A stretch of 63,944 bases of DNA, filler included, from Octopus bimaculoides (taxonomy: Eukaryota), in NCBI RefSeq assembly GCF_001194135.2. It is 8 parts of 7 records of this genome, joined end to end, with 100 filler letters (N's around TTAATTAATTAA, not from the genome) between each part and the next. Parts side by side here need not be neighbours in the genome. Positions count along the whole stretch, not along the records: positions 48,869 to 56,614 come from NC_068982.1; positions 56,715 to 59,898 come from NC_068996.1; positions 59,999 to 61,545 come from NW_026315117.1; positions 61,646 to 62,815 come from NC_069000.1; 4 more parts are not named here. One strand, given 5' to 3'. Of the stretch, positions 51,292-62,915 are shown piece by piece; position 1 is the first letter of the stretch, and each line of letters opens with the position of its first letter. A program made the translations under genes and the position numbers. The notes beneath the pieces were generated by a model. It worked only from the letters and a program-made list of their open reading frames with translations, was not told the origin of the DNA and did not search any database.

Positions 51292-53942
51292 CCTCGCTTG
51301 GTTGGTCGAGGGGTTATATTACCAGTTGTTGTTGTTGTTGTTGTTACTTCGGCATCATTCCACTATTGTCTGTGTCTCAGGATTTTCTGTGGCTTATGCA
51401 TTGTATTTGACATTCCAACTAAAATTTCCAGTTGCAGTTATGTGGTGAACTTGTACTGATATGCTGAATAGATATTTTTGTTTGGCTACATATGAGGAGG
51501 CGAATGATTATATAAAATTGTAAATGGCTAAGTATGCGAACTTAATTTTGTTTCTACTAATAATTTGTAATACTTGGGATGTCTTGAAAGATATTTACAT
51601 AGGATATTAAATAGGACTTTGGCTAGCCGGTTAGGAACTTGAAGATGAAGAGATACGTTATACGAAATGACTGACATTTTTCTGTTGCTTTGTCTTTTAT
51701 AGGAGAATGGGTATATCTTTTATATGTTGAACTTTTAACGGATCTTTAAATATATGTCATTTTAAAAGAGATGGATTTTGTAAATTTTCTTCAGAAACAG
51801 ATGGTAAAATTTCGCAGGAAAAATTCCTTACAAAATATAATAAAATACATTTGAGGTGTCCTGGTTATATTGTATATTTACGTATGAATTTGCAGAGGCT
51901 TCCTAGTCACAAATCTAGAATATTTAATCCTTTTCCGCTACACCACAGTAATTGTTAACTCGTTAAATAAATGGCAATGGGCATTATGGAACCTATCGGC
52001 TGATTGGATGTTCATATTTCTCTAATTTCAACAATTTTCATCTCGAATAAGTCTCTTTCTATAAATAGGAAGTTCTCACTTCATTATATTGTGCATATGT
52101 AACTTCTTCGAGACCACTAATTTCTGTTGAGACGTCGGTCCAATAATGACGTCAGAGCTTTCATTGTTGTACCATATTATTCCGGTTGAATTTTTCTCAT
52201 AGAGGAAGGATTTGCAAGAAAGTAGTATAGTTTTAATGTAGATGTGATGCTGATGATAGGTCTGAATCTTTGATGACCGACATGAGAATTTCTTAGTTAA
52301 ATGAGCCGAAGCAATCACAAATATCGAACTAAAAGGAAACAAATTCGACTTTTTGGTTAAAGATGTAAAACTTTTCCTCTAAAACTTTAGATGTAAACAT
52401 AAATTTCCCCTGTTGTGTTGTTCAATAGTATTTCATCTTAATATGAGTTAGAATGATATAAAATATGCTTTCGCAGATTATATTCAGATCGAGATGTGTT
52501 GATGAAACAAAGGGAGATGTAGTGACAGAAAGCAGTTTTATGATCTTTCAAAGCGTATAGATAGATAGATGATAGGTATTATGTATGTATGTTTGTTTGT
52601 ATGTATGTATGTAGGTAGGTAGAGACAAGTAGATTGATAGACAGATAGGCAGATAAACTGATACAGACAGAGTAGAGTGTTTTCTATAGACACGCGTACG
52701 ATGCGAACATAGATTTGTATATTTGGGTAGGGATATTCAAATTGTCATTCATTCAAATAGATTAGATACTACTTTCAATATACATGTAGATGTTCAATAG
52801 CTCGTGCATATGAGTGTGTGCGTGCGACGTTTTGAGTCATCCAGTGTGAATGCATGTATGTATTTGCGTATGTGTGTGTGATAGTCAACCATCATTACCT
52901 GCCGAATTTTAAAGTTTGTTTCCTCATAGAACTAAGTAAAATAGACAGGACAATTCTCATTACAATTATCATAAAAGCGCCAGCTATACACTAAACAATG
53001 TTTAGCTATTATTTCATTGTCGCTTTCGGCGCTATTTCTTGTGTGAAAATCGTTTTAGTTACACTAAATAAGTTGCAATAAAAGGAACATTAACACACTT
53101 TCGGAAATGCTGTAAAACCAGAGCAGCTGTTCAAATAGTCCACAATATTTACCATGATAAATGTTCTACCAAACAATCGACAATTCGATCTTACAGAATT
53201 CTTTTAGAGAAAACGTTTCGCCACATTGCATCAATCGAGTATTGAGGACCATACGTACGTATATGTGTGTCTGTGTGCGTTAGTGGTAATATATTGTGTA
53301 TGTGTGTATTTATGTATGCATGCATGTATGTATATATGTATGTGTATTCACTCAAATAACATCCCCATCCACACACCTGCCAATTAACATTTGTTAATAA
53401 GCATAGATGAAGATCCTCGTTTCCTAACATTTTAGACCTTCAATAAAAATAATAAAGTATCTGAATTTCTATGTGGGCGGGGTTGCGGTAAATTGTGTGT
53501 CTATCTATTCATGAATATATGTACAGGTACTTATATGTGTTCGATCACTTACAGAGGTTAGACACTAAGCAAATCTGTTCCAAAATGCATCTGATAAAGA
53601 AGGAATGATACACGCTTTCAGACACTAACCTAGTGCTGGAAAAATGTATTGTGCACTGGTGCACTCTCCTCTTTATATCTTAAGTTCTGAATTAAATTTG
53701 ACAACTACATTACTCCAAAATAGCTAACGTCTTCCTAACTATCACATCTCCCTTTTCTGCTGGCATAGATGTGATCAGACGGTTGTCGACGAAGACTCGC
53801 GTGTAATCTATACTTCAACTTTTGATACAATAAACGCACACACGCATACACTCACACAAACATACACCTATATCTATTATATGCATATGTAAATATAGAC
53901 AGAGAATGAGGTACAGAGAAAGGCAGAAGTGCAGAGTCGAAA

Positions 53943-53996
<54 letters not shown>

Positions 53997-54359
53997 GGAG
54001 TAATACATGATAAAATGCGGAGTCAGTCAATTGTGAGTCATTGACGTAATGATTGAAACCAAAGAGATAGGAAAATGAATGAATAGAAAACTATATTAAA
54101 AGTATGCGTAGGGCATGGCTCCCAAATATGATAAGAGTCTCAATGTCTTCTTCAAACCCACAGAGCTTTCGAAACAACAAAAGTACAAGTTCGTACATAC
54201 CAAAAACCACATGCTGATGCGCATACAGATATCAAGACCCACACTCCACACTCACATTATATAGAGATAGATAAATATATACATATATAAACTTATATAT
54301 ATCTATGCATTCTCATACACGTTTATACATACAAATCTATACAAACACACAGGCACATA

Positions 54360-54459
54360 CGCTACGGCAGTAAATATTCTAAAATTGGAACGATACAAAG
54401 CAGATTAGCTTGGCCATTGCTTCCTGGATCATGCACAAATTCGTGAAGCGTTCCATATT
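54360..54459 (+). pseudogene. U6: U6 snRNA pseudogene (near full length)
   Basis: gctacggcag...ctaaaattggaacgatac...gattagc.tggcc...caaattcgtgaagcgttccatatt aligns with U6; ACAGAGA box mutated to ACAAAGC, no oligo-T terminator. Confidence 0.85.
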
Positions 54460-54546
54460 GTCATCACGGTGGTATTCCAGCATGCTCGCAGCCACATTGC
54501 TGAAGAGAAAAAAAGAACGAAAGAATAAAGAACTACTGTGTTTTAG

Positions 54547-55510
54547 TTACTATTAACCAGGATGTTCCTCTTTTCTGTGCTAACCACCATCGTTTATACT
54601 CTGGATACCTTTTCCAGACTGGTGTTGTGCTTCTGTAGATCTAGTTTACTGCTTCCTAACAAGTGAATATCATCCACAAACCGCAGGTTGCAAATGAGAC
54701 GTCCTCCAATGGAAACAGATTGGATGGAGATCTTGAAGTTTTTCTTGCAGGATATTCTCTAGGAAGGTTTTGAACAGACTGGAAGAAGTGGATACCTTTA
54801 AGTACTTAGGGTCTAAGAACGGCAGATCTCAAAAACAAATGACAACAAGACTCAGTTTAACCTCTGCTGGTATGACGAAGCTGAAGACTATATGGAAATG
54901 TAATCCCATTAGTTTTCCACAGGATGTGCAAGTTCCTCGTAACTTTGATCTTTCTGTATAGGTATGAACTCTTACAGCTGACAGGAAGCGAAGAATCCAG
55001 GCATTAGAGTACAAGGGTTTCAGAAAGCTGCTACACATTCCATAAACAGAGCATTAAATGAACAGCTTCCTCAGGCAGTGTTGTGTCGACGCCCCCAGGC
55101 GAAGAAGTAGGAACTCCCATGACATGTAAATAGAGGTAGTCTGGCCGGGGTAGGAGTGTTGAGTAGCAGTCGAGTAGCAGTTGTGTAGCGGTTGAGTAGA
55201 GATCATCCGAAGGTGCTAGATAGCAGTAGCTTGAGACATAACAGGCAGTAAGCCAACAAATTCGCTGGCAGAGAGGGACCACTCATTGCGCATGCAAAAG
55301 GACGAAAGTTTGCATGATGCGGTCATGTATCCCCGCCACAAAACTGTCCGAAACCATTCTTCAGAGTACAGCTGAGGGAGGGTGAAATAGATTGTGGATT
55401 GGAAACACCAAAGATTGGAGGAGTCACAGCCATGTTAACCTATTAGTCATGACAGAGAACAAAGACCAGTGACCATGCCTGACTGAAAAAGTATTTGGAG
55501 TCGTACGACT
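54547..55510 (+). mobile_element. RTE-clade LINE relic with inverted 5' segment (54547-54767 on minus strand) and a nested solo LTR
   Basis: Minus: LENILQEKLQ...SIGGRLICNLRFVDDIHLLG...STEKRNILVNS; plus: RLEEVDTFKYLGS...IWK...RKFA*CGHV...ILQST.EG. Confidence 0.7.
55079..55243. mobile_element. 165-bp solo LTR with 5-bp TSD
   Basis: Termini TGTTGTGTC...GACATAACA (TG...CA, imperfect inverted repeat); GGCAG at 55074-55078 and 55244-55248; removing it rejoins the RTE sequence. Confidence 0.75.
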
Positions 55511-55635
55511 GGCTGTATCAGTTAGTGGACCGTGGAATCATGCTGTCATGCATGTCTACATATATGTATGTGTGTGTATGTACTTCTTGTTTGCGTATAT
55601 TTAATTAATGTCCGACAATGTGTGTGTGTGTGTAT

Positions 55636-55726
<91 letters not shown>

Positions 55727-56467
55727 TGTACAGATCTTACACAAGGACCGAAAATTTTATGTATAGTGCAAAGCCCTCGCCCTCTTTATATATAAAGTTT
55801 CAAACCTCTCAACAAGGAGACAACTTATGCACTCTTAACAATCATGTCAATCTTTATCAAGCTTGCTTTTTAGCCGTAAATGAAGATGCCGAAATACAGC
55901 AATTACATAAAGCTACGAAACAGGTACATACAGTGACTAGTTTATCAGTAGGGGAATATGTTTCTGCACAAGAAATTAACCGAGGTTAGTTTCATATTTA
56001 CCAGTAGGTGGATATTTACCAGAAGGTGAAACAGTTTCCTCTCTATATCTAACTTTTTGCATACTGCTGGGTATCATGTATACGTGTTCTGTATAGAAGT
56101 ATATCTGCCAAGCATGATTTGGATAATTGTGTGTATATTTCTGAAAATTTCTACGTCAAAACCTCTTTCATGATTATAGAGTTTGTGTTTCAGTGATTAT
56201 AAAGAACTGAGAAGTGAGATCTCTAAATGGAGTGCGTCAGAGATTACATGCTGAAAATACTAAATGTTGCCCCGTAATTAGCACATTATATCGCTGCTCC
56301 CAACATTATACAGCTTCATTACCTAGTTTACTCCTCACCTTAGCCCCATAGATACATCAGTACGTATTGGTAGCAAGTTATACTACAATTCCTGTAGAAT
56401 CCAAATAGGATTACCGATATAAAACACTCACAAAAAAAAACAAAGAAACTCCACACTATACGTATAT

Positions 56468-56502
<35 letters not shown>

Positions 56503-56573
56503 TATGTATCTACATATATGCATATATATAGATGTATATATATGTGTATAAATATATACATATACATACATAT

Positions 56574-56614
<41 letters not shown>

Positions 56615-56714
56615 NNNNNNNNNNNNNNNNNNNNNNNNNNNNNNNNNNNNNNNNNNNNTTAATTAATTAANNNNNNNNNNNNNNNNNNNNNNNNNNNNNN
56701 NNNNNNNNNNNNNN

Positions 56715-56747
<33 letters not shown>

Positions 56748-56750
<3 letters not shown>

Positions 56751-56890
56751 ACGTCCGCTTTCCATGCTAGCATGGGTTGGACGATTTGACTGAAGACTGA
56801 TGAAACCCGATGGCTACACCAGACTCCAATTTGATTTGGCAGAGTTTCTACAGCTGGATGCCCTTCCTAACACCAACCACTCCGAGAGTA
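56748..56890. mobile_element. SINE/LINE-tail-like interspersed repeat fragment
   Basis: GC-balanced island between (TA)n runs with ggatgcccttcctaac-ccaacc motif recalled from invertebrate SINEs; single copy here. Confidence 0.35.
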
Positions 56891-57054
56891 TATATATATA
56901 TATATATATATATATGAATATATATTTACATACATGTACACAAATATAAATAATATATAGTTGGAATTTACAAAAAGGCAAACAAAACAAATGACGAAGA
57001 CGGGTGTATAAACAACAATCAGATGTATTAGTTTAACGCTCGGGAAGTGAGAAA

Positions 57055-57093
57055 GTCATTTACGTTTCGAGCCTATGCTCTTCAGCAGAAAGG
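57055..57093 (-). ncRNA. Degenerate minimal hammerhead motif in a second, solo pseudo-LTR-like repeat (~56960-57152)
   Basis: RC: CCTTT-CTGCTGA-A-GAGC ATAG GCTC-GAAAC-GT-A-AATGAC; one core substitution (CUGAUGA to CUGCUGA). Confidence 0.5.
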
Positions 57094-57234
57094 AACACAG
57101 AAATAAACAGGGAGAGAAAATAAAAAAAAGTTTAGTGGCTAGCGATCTATCATATATATATATTTACAAGTACATATAAATATATATATATTTGTACATG
57201 CATTTATACATATATATGCATATATACTCTTTAA

Positions 57235-58863
57235 TTCCTCTTACTTATTTCTGTCATTTGACTGTAGCCATGCTGGAGCACTGCCTTGAAGGGTTTTAGT
57301 CAAACAAATCAACCCCAGGACTTATTTCTTAAGCCTCGTACTTATTCTATCAATTTTTTGCAGAACAGCTAAACTATAAGGACATAAACACACCAACACT
57401 GGTTGTCAAGCAGTGATGCGGGGACAAACACAGACACAAAGATATTCACACACATAAATGCATGCATAAATACATGCATATATATATATATAAAGGGGTT
57501 GGACAAAATAATGGAAACACCTTAAAATTTCAAACAAATTTATTTTAATATGGTGTAGGACCGCCTTTGGCAGTAATTACAGCTTGAATTCTATGAGGTA
57601 TGGACTCATAAAAAGTTTGAATTGTTTCCAAAGGAATTTTTGTCCAATCTTCAGCTAAAATAGTCTCCACTTCTTGTAGTGGAGGATATCGACTCTTTAC
57701 TTGTTTTTCTAAAATGGACCATAAATTTTCAATAATATTGAGATCTGGGGACTGTGGTAGCCAGATAAGATGTTCAACTTCACTAGAAGGTTTCTCATGC
57801 CATTCAGTAACAACTTTAGCTGTGTAAATTGGTGCATTATCATTCTGAAAGATTGCGTTTCCCACCGGAAACAGTTCCGCAACCATAGGATGAATTTCAT
57901 CAGACAAAATCCTTAAATAGTCTTGACTATTAATTCTGCCATGAAGGGAAACCATTGGGCTGACAGATTTCCAAGATATAGCTCCCCTGCCACGCCCAGA
58001 TCATCATAGATCCTCCTCCATATTTAACAGCTGGAAGAAGGCAGTTTGGGTCAAATGCTTCTTTTGGCTGTCTCCATACACATACTCGGTCAGTGGTTGG
58101 AAATAAGGTAAAAGATGACTCATCTGAGAAAATAATATTCTTCCACTGTTCTTGGGACTAATTCTGTAGGTTTTTACTGCACTATAAATGCTTTGCAATG
58201 TTTGTTTTTCAAAGTAGTGGTTTTCTGGTTGCAGCCCTCCCGTGAAATCTGGCTTTGTGCAGCTCTTGGCAAACAGTTTTTGTGGAAACTGGGTTCTCAA
58301 GGTGGTCATTATGCTCTGCAATAATTTTGGGAGCTGTACTTTTGTAATCCTTTTTAACAATTCATGTAACAGCTCGATGGTCCCTATCTGAAAGTTTTAG
58401 TTTTCTTCTGGAGTTTTGTTTCGACGAGGAGGTTTTTCCCTTTTTCTCAAAGACTGTCATTACTTTCGAGATTGTACTTCTTGATACACCAAGCATTTCA
58501 GCTGTTTTCATTATGCTAGCACCTGCCATACGAGCACAAACAATTTGACCTTTTTGAAAGTCCAATAGATCTGTCATTTTAATGAATTTTAATTACCTTT
58601 TGCTGATGATATCTGAAAAGAAACAGCAATTTTAGCAAAAAACATTAAGCAACACTAATAATAAATCAAAAATCATAAAAAGAAACAAACTTTTGACGGT
58701 TTTATAGATATTTCAAAATTATGATGCTATGATGGTAGATGTTTCCATTATTTTGTTCAGTCCCTGTATATAAAAATATATATATATACATATACAATGG
58801 GCTCCTTTCAGTTACCATCTACCAAATCCACTCACAAGGCTTTGGTCAGACCAAGGCTATAGT
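57235..58863 (-). mobile_element. SINE family A split by the Tc1-type transposon (tail 57235-57492, partial head 58767-58863)
   Basis: Tail matches 21101-21305; 58795-58863 matches RC of 29110-29186; the transposon sits in the internal (TA)n. Confidence 0.75.
57493..58766 (-). mobile_element. Near-complete Tc1/mariner-superfamily transposon, DD36E type, frameshifted transposase
   Basis: TIRs (A/C)AGGG.TTGGACAAAATAATGGAAACA and RC CAGGGACTGAACAAAATAATGGAAACA; TA at 57491-57492 and 58767-58768; MTDLLDFQKGQIV..., FSDES, FQNDNAP, SPDLNIIENLW, GGPTPY*. Confidence 0.9.
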
Positions 58864-58874
58864 GTGGTGGATGA

Positions 58875-59898
58875 AGGTGTTAGTTTGGTGTATGGTATTG
58901 TTGGGGTGCTGTATGGTAGTGTTGGTGCAGTATATGGTAGTGTTGGTGTGGTGTATGGTNNNNNNNNNNNNNNNNNNNNNNNNNNNNNNNNNNNNNNNNN
59001 NNNNNNNNNNNNNNNNNNNNNNNNNNNNNNNNNNNNNNNNNNNNNNNNNNNNNNNNNNNNNNNNNNNNNNNNNNNNNNNNNNNNNNNNNNNNNNNNNNNN
59101 NNNNNNNNNNNNNNNNNNNNNNNNNNNNNNNNNNNNNNNNNNNNNNNNNNNNNNNNNNNNNNNNNNNNNNNNNNNNNNNNNNNNNNNNNNNNNNNNNNNN
59201 NNNNNNNNNNNNNNNNNNNNNNNNNNNNNNNNNNNNNNNNNNNNNNNNNNNNNNNNNNNNNNNNNNNNNNNNNNNNNNNNNNNNNNNNNNNNNNNNNNNN
59301 NNNNNNNNNNNNNNNNNNNNNNNNNNNNNNNNNNNNNNNNNNNNNNNNNNNNNNNNNNNNNNNNNNNNNNNNNNNNNNNNNNNNNNNNNNNNNNNNNNNN
59401 NNNNNNNNNNNNNNNNNNNNNNNNNNNNNNNNNNNNNNNNNNNNNNNNNNNNNNNNNNNNNNNNNNNNNNNNNNNNNNNNNNNNNNNNNNNNNNNNNNNN
59501 NNNNNNNNNNNNNNNNNNNNNNNNNNNNNNNNNNNNNNGTGTTGGTGTGGTGTATGGTAGTGTTGATGTGGTGTATGGTAGTGTTGGTTTCGTGTATGGT
59601 AGTGTTGGTGTGGTGTATGGTAGTGTTGGTTTGGTGTATGGTAGTGTTGGTTTCGTGTATGGTAGTGTTGATGTGGTGTATGGTAGTGTTGGCTTGGTGT
59701 ATGGTAGTGTTGGTTTGGTGTATGGTAGTGTTGGTGTGGTGTATGGTAGTGTTGGTTTGGTGTATGGTAGTGTTGGTTTGGTGTATGGTAGTGTTGGTGT
59801 GGTGTATGGTAGTGTTGGTGTGGTGTATGGTAGTGTTGGCTTGGTGTATGGTAGTGTTGGTTTGGTGTATGGTAGTGTTGGTGTGGTGTATGGTAGTG
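58875..59898. repeat. 21-bp minisatellite (GTTGGTGTGGTGTATGGTAGT)n spanning a gap
   Basis: About 17 regular units visible at 59539-59898 and degenerate units at 58875-58959. Confidence 0.9.
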
Positions 59899-60129
59899 NN
59901 NNNNNNNNNNNNNNNNNNNNNNNNNNNNNNNNNNNNNNNNNNTTAATTAATTAANNNNNNNNNNNNNNNNNNNNNNNNNNNNNNNNNNNNNNNNNNNNTA
60001 ATTTTCCGATGATATGGATAAAAAATCACACGGCATGCAGCTTGCATATATGTACTAAAATATAAATATATGAAATCTATACGTTTATGTCATATGCATA
60101 TATATGCGTGTGCGTATGCATATATATAC

Positions 60130-60174
<45 letters not shown>

Positions 60175-60289
60175 TGCTTGGCCACTTGTGCGTAAATTCA
60201 ACGAGCAGGCTGTTCCGTTGATCGGATCAACTGGAACCCTCGCCGTCGTAACCGACGGAATGTGAGTTATACATGTGTGATGGAATCAA

Positions 60290-61145
60290 CTGACAGAATC
60301 GTTAGAGCGTGTGCTAGAATTTCTTGCAGTACTCGTTCTGGTTCTTTGGATTCTGAGTTCAATCCCCGTCTATGTCAACAGCTTCATATTCTGGGATCAA
60401 ATTCCGTTCAAGTCGACATTTTCTGCCGTCCTTTCGGGATCGATAAAATAAGAACTAGTTGAGCACTGGGGTCGTTGTAATCGACCAACCATCTCAATCG
60501 AATTTCAGGACTGGTGCCTACAGTAGAGTTATACAGTAGATGAAATATTCCTCATATTCCTCCATTACATCCGACTGGGGCAAGGCAACAATATCAATAA
60601 GAGAATCTGGGACAATCGTTTAAAAGAACTTTCTTTTGCTATAGCAGCGGAATTTTAACCCGCAGCGTAAAACCGGAAGAACTACTTCAAAACACTTTGT
60701 CCGGTATGCGAGCAATTCTGCCTACTCGCTGCCTTAATGGAGAAATGTCATATTTTCCGACGCCGCCAGCCAGCACACAATATTGTACATGCAGTAAGGC
60801 GGCGAGCTGGCAGAAACGTTAGCACGCCGGGCGAAATACTTAGCGGCATTTCGTCTGCCGTTACGTTCTGAGTTCAAATTCCGCCAAGGTCGACTTTGCC
60901 TTTCATCCTTTCAGCGTCGATAAATTAAGTACCAGCTACGCACTGGGTCGATGTAATCGACTTAATCCGTTTGTCTGTCCTTGTTTGTCCCCTCTGTGTT
61001 TAGCCCCTTGTGGGCAATAAAGAAATAAGAAACGTTAGCGCGCCGGGCAAAATGCTTAGCGGTATTTCGCCTGTTGCGTACTAGGGGTTGATCTAATCGA
61101 CTTGTCTTCTCCCCAAAAATTTCGGGTCTTGTGCATAGAGTAGAA
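60290..61145 (+). mobile_element. Cluster of SINE family C copies (degenerate 60290-60535, full 60796-61030, internally deleted 61031-61145)
   Basis: ggcggcgagctggcagaaacgttagc head, gagttcaaattcc B box, gcctttcatccttt...gtcgataa domain. Confidence 0.8.
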
Positions 61146-62588
61146 AAGAATATTGTATATGTAGTTAGTGATTGTTCCTTCTATATTTTCGCAAGTGCGC
61201 AAAAGAAGATGTTTCTTTATGACGAGGACAGAATAATATCGAAACACGCGCTGAGTTCTCACGACTTCTTGCCGGAAAAAAAAAAGGGAGAAACAAAATA
61301 ACATTAGTTTATTAACTATAATTGTGTTTATCTTTAGTGCATAATTAGTTAATTTCATGTTTCCTGCATTAAATATATTAACACTAACTTACCCATTATG
61401 TTTCTGCTAATGTTTAACATCTGTGAGGATGCGAGGGAGTGCTTTTCATTATATATACACTTATATATATAAATACATATATATATATACGTATACACAT
61501 ATATATATTATATATAAATACACACACATACACATACACACACATNNNNNNNNNNNNNNNNNNNNNNNNNNNNNNNNNNNNNNNNNNNNTTAATTAATTA
61601 ANNNNNNNNNNNNNNNNNNNNNNNNNNNNNNNNNNNNNNNNNNNNTGTGTGTGTGTGTGTGTATGCCTATTTTTATATGTATAGCCACATATATATATCC
61701 CTGGTGATTGCTCCATCTTCACAGAAGTTCGCTGTCTCCTGCACTTCTTCTTCTAACTTTCCAATCTATGGCCTTTCTAATGATTATGCCGTCCCGTTGC
61801 AGATCTGCATCGTGTGAAGCATAGGTGACAGGCGAAAGTTGTAACTTACTCTGCGTTCCCAAGTGATTAGGTCTGCATACGTTGTCACTTTTCCATCGCC
61901 CTAGGACTTTCAGCAAATGGAATGACAACTAAGGTCACCATAACGAGAAGTCTGTGCGTCGTTGGATTATAATGATAAACACTTGGATAATACGAATACC
62001 ACTCTCTGAGTCTCCGTGATTAGTAGCTGGTGACAGACCGAAGTGAAATGATCAGTAATCACGTGAAGCCACAGGTTTTATATCAGAGAGTCCCTCTCCT
62101 AGAAGGACGCTGTGTCAACAGCTAGGGATCCCTCACTGCCACGGGTTTTACTGCACGGCTTGACACCAACCAAGGGTATTTCTGTGTCCCTGCACTCAGA
62201 TGTTACAACTTCAGGTCAGAGTAGACCTAGGAATGATTTCTCTGTCTTTCTCTGTCTGTCTGTCTGTCTGTCTGTCCCTCTCTCTTTCTCTCTCTCTCAT
62301 ACACACAAACACATTTGAACAGAACTACTAAATTTTTTCCTGTGTCACTGAACTCATTATATACACTTCTCGCCACGCCTTCCTCTGTGTCACGTCCACG
62401 TAATATATTTCTTTTCTTAAGCCTCGATCATTGTCCGATGAGATTGATTATAAGAGGTCAGCCAGTTGGTAATAAAAAAAACAAGAAAGACCTGTTTCAT
62501 TTTTATGTTGCTTTCTGCATGTTTTCCTTTTCAGCCGTCTCAGCACCCCTTTCTCTCTCCCATTCGCTCTCCATATATATACATATAT

Positions 62589-62635
<47 letters not shown>

Positions 62636-62642
62636 CATATAT

Positions 62643-62806
62643 ACGACGGGCTTCTTTCAGTTTCCGTCTACCAAATCCACTCACAAGGCTTTGGTTGGCC
62701 CGAGGCTATAGTAGAAGACACTTGCCCAACATGCCACGCAGTGGCACTGAACCAGGGACCATGTGGTTGGTAAACAAGCTACTTACCACACAGCCACTCC
62801 CACGCC
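62643..62806 (-). mobile_element. SINE family A 5' half
   Basis: RC near-identical to 29022-29186; followed on its own strand by (TA)/(TG) microsatellite. Confidence 0.85.
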
Positions 62807-62915
62807 TATATATATNNNNNNNNNNNNNNNNNNNNNNNNNNNNNNNNNNNNNNNNNNNNTTAATTAATTAANNNNNNNNNNNNNNNNNNNNNNNNNNNNN
62901 NNNNNNNNNNNNNNN

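Noticed and set aside
51703-51803. Strong acceptor (CTGAC...ttttatag) and donor (ATG|gtaaaa) pair
   Set aside because: Stops in all frames from the acceptor; could be a UTR exon but cannot be supported without transcripts.
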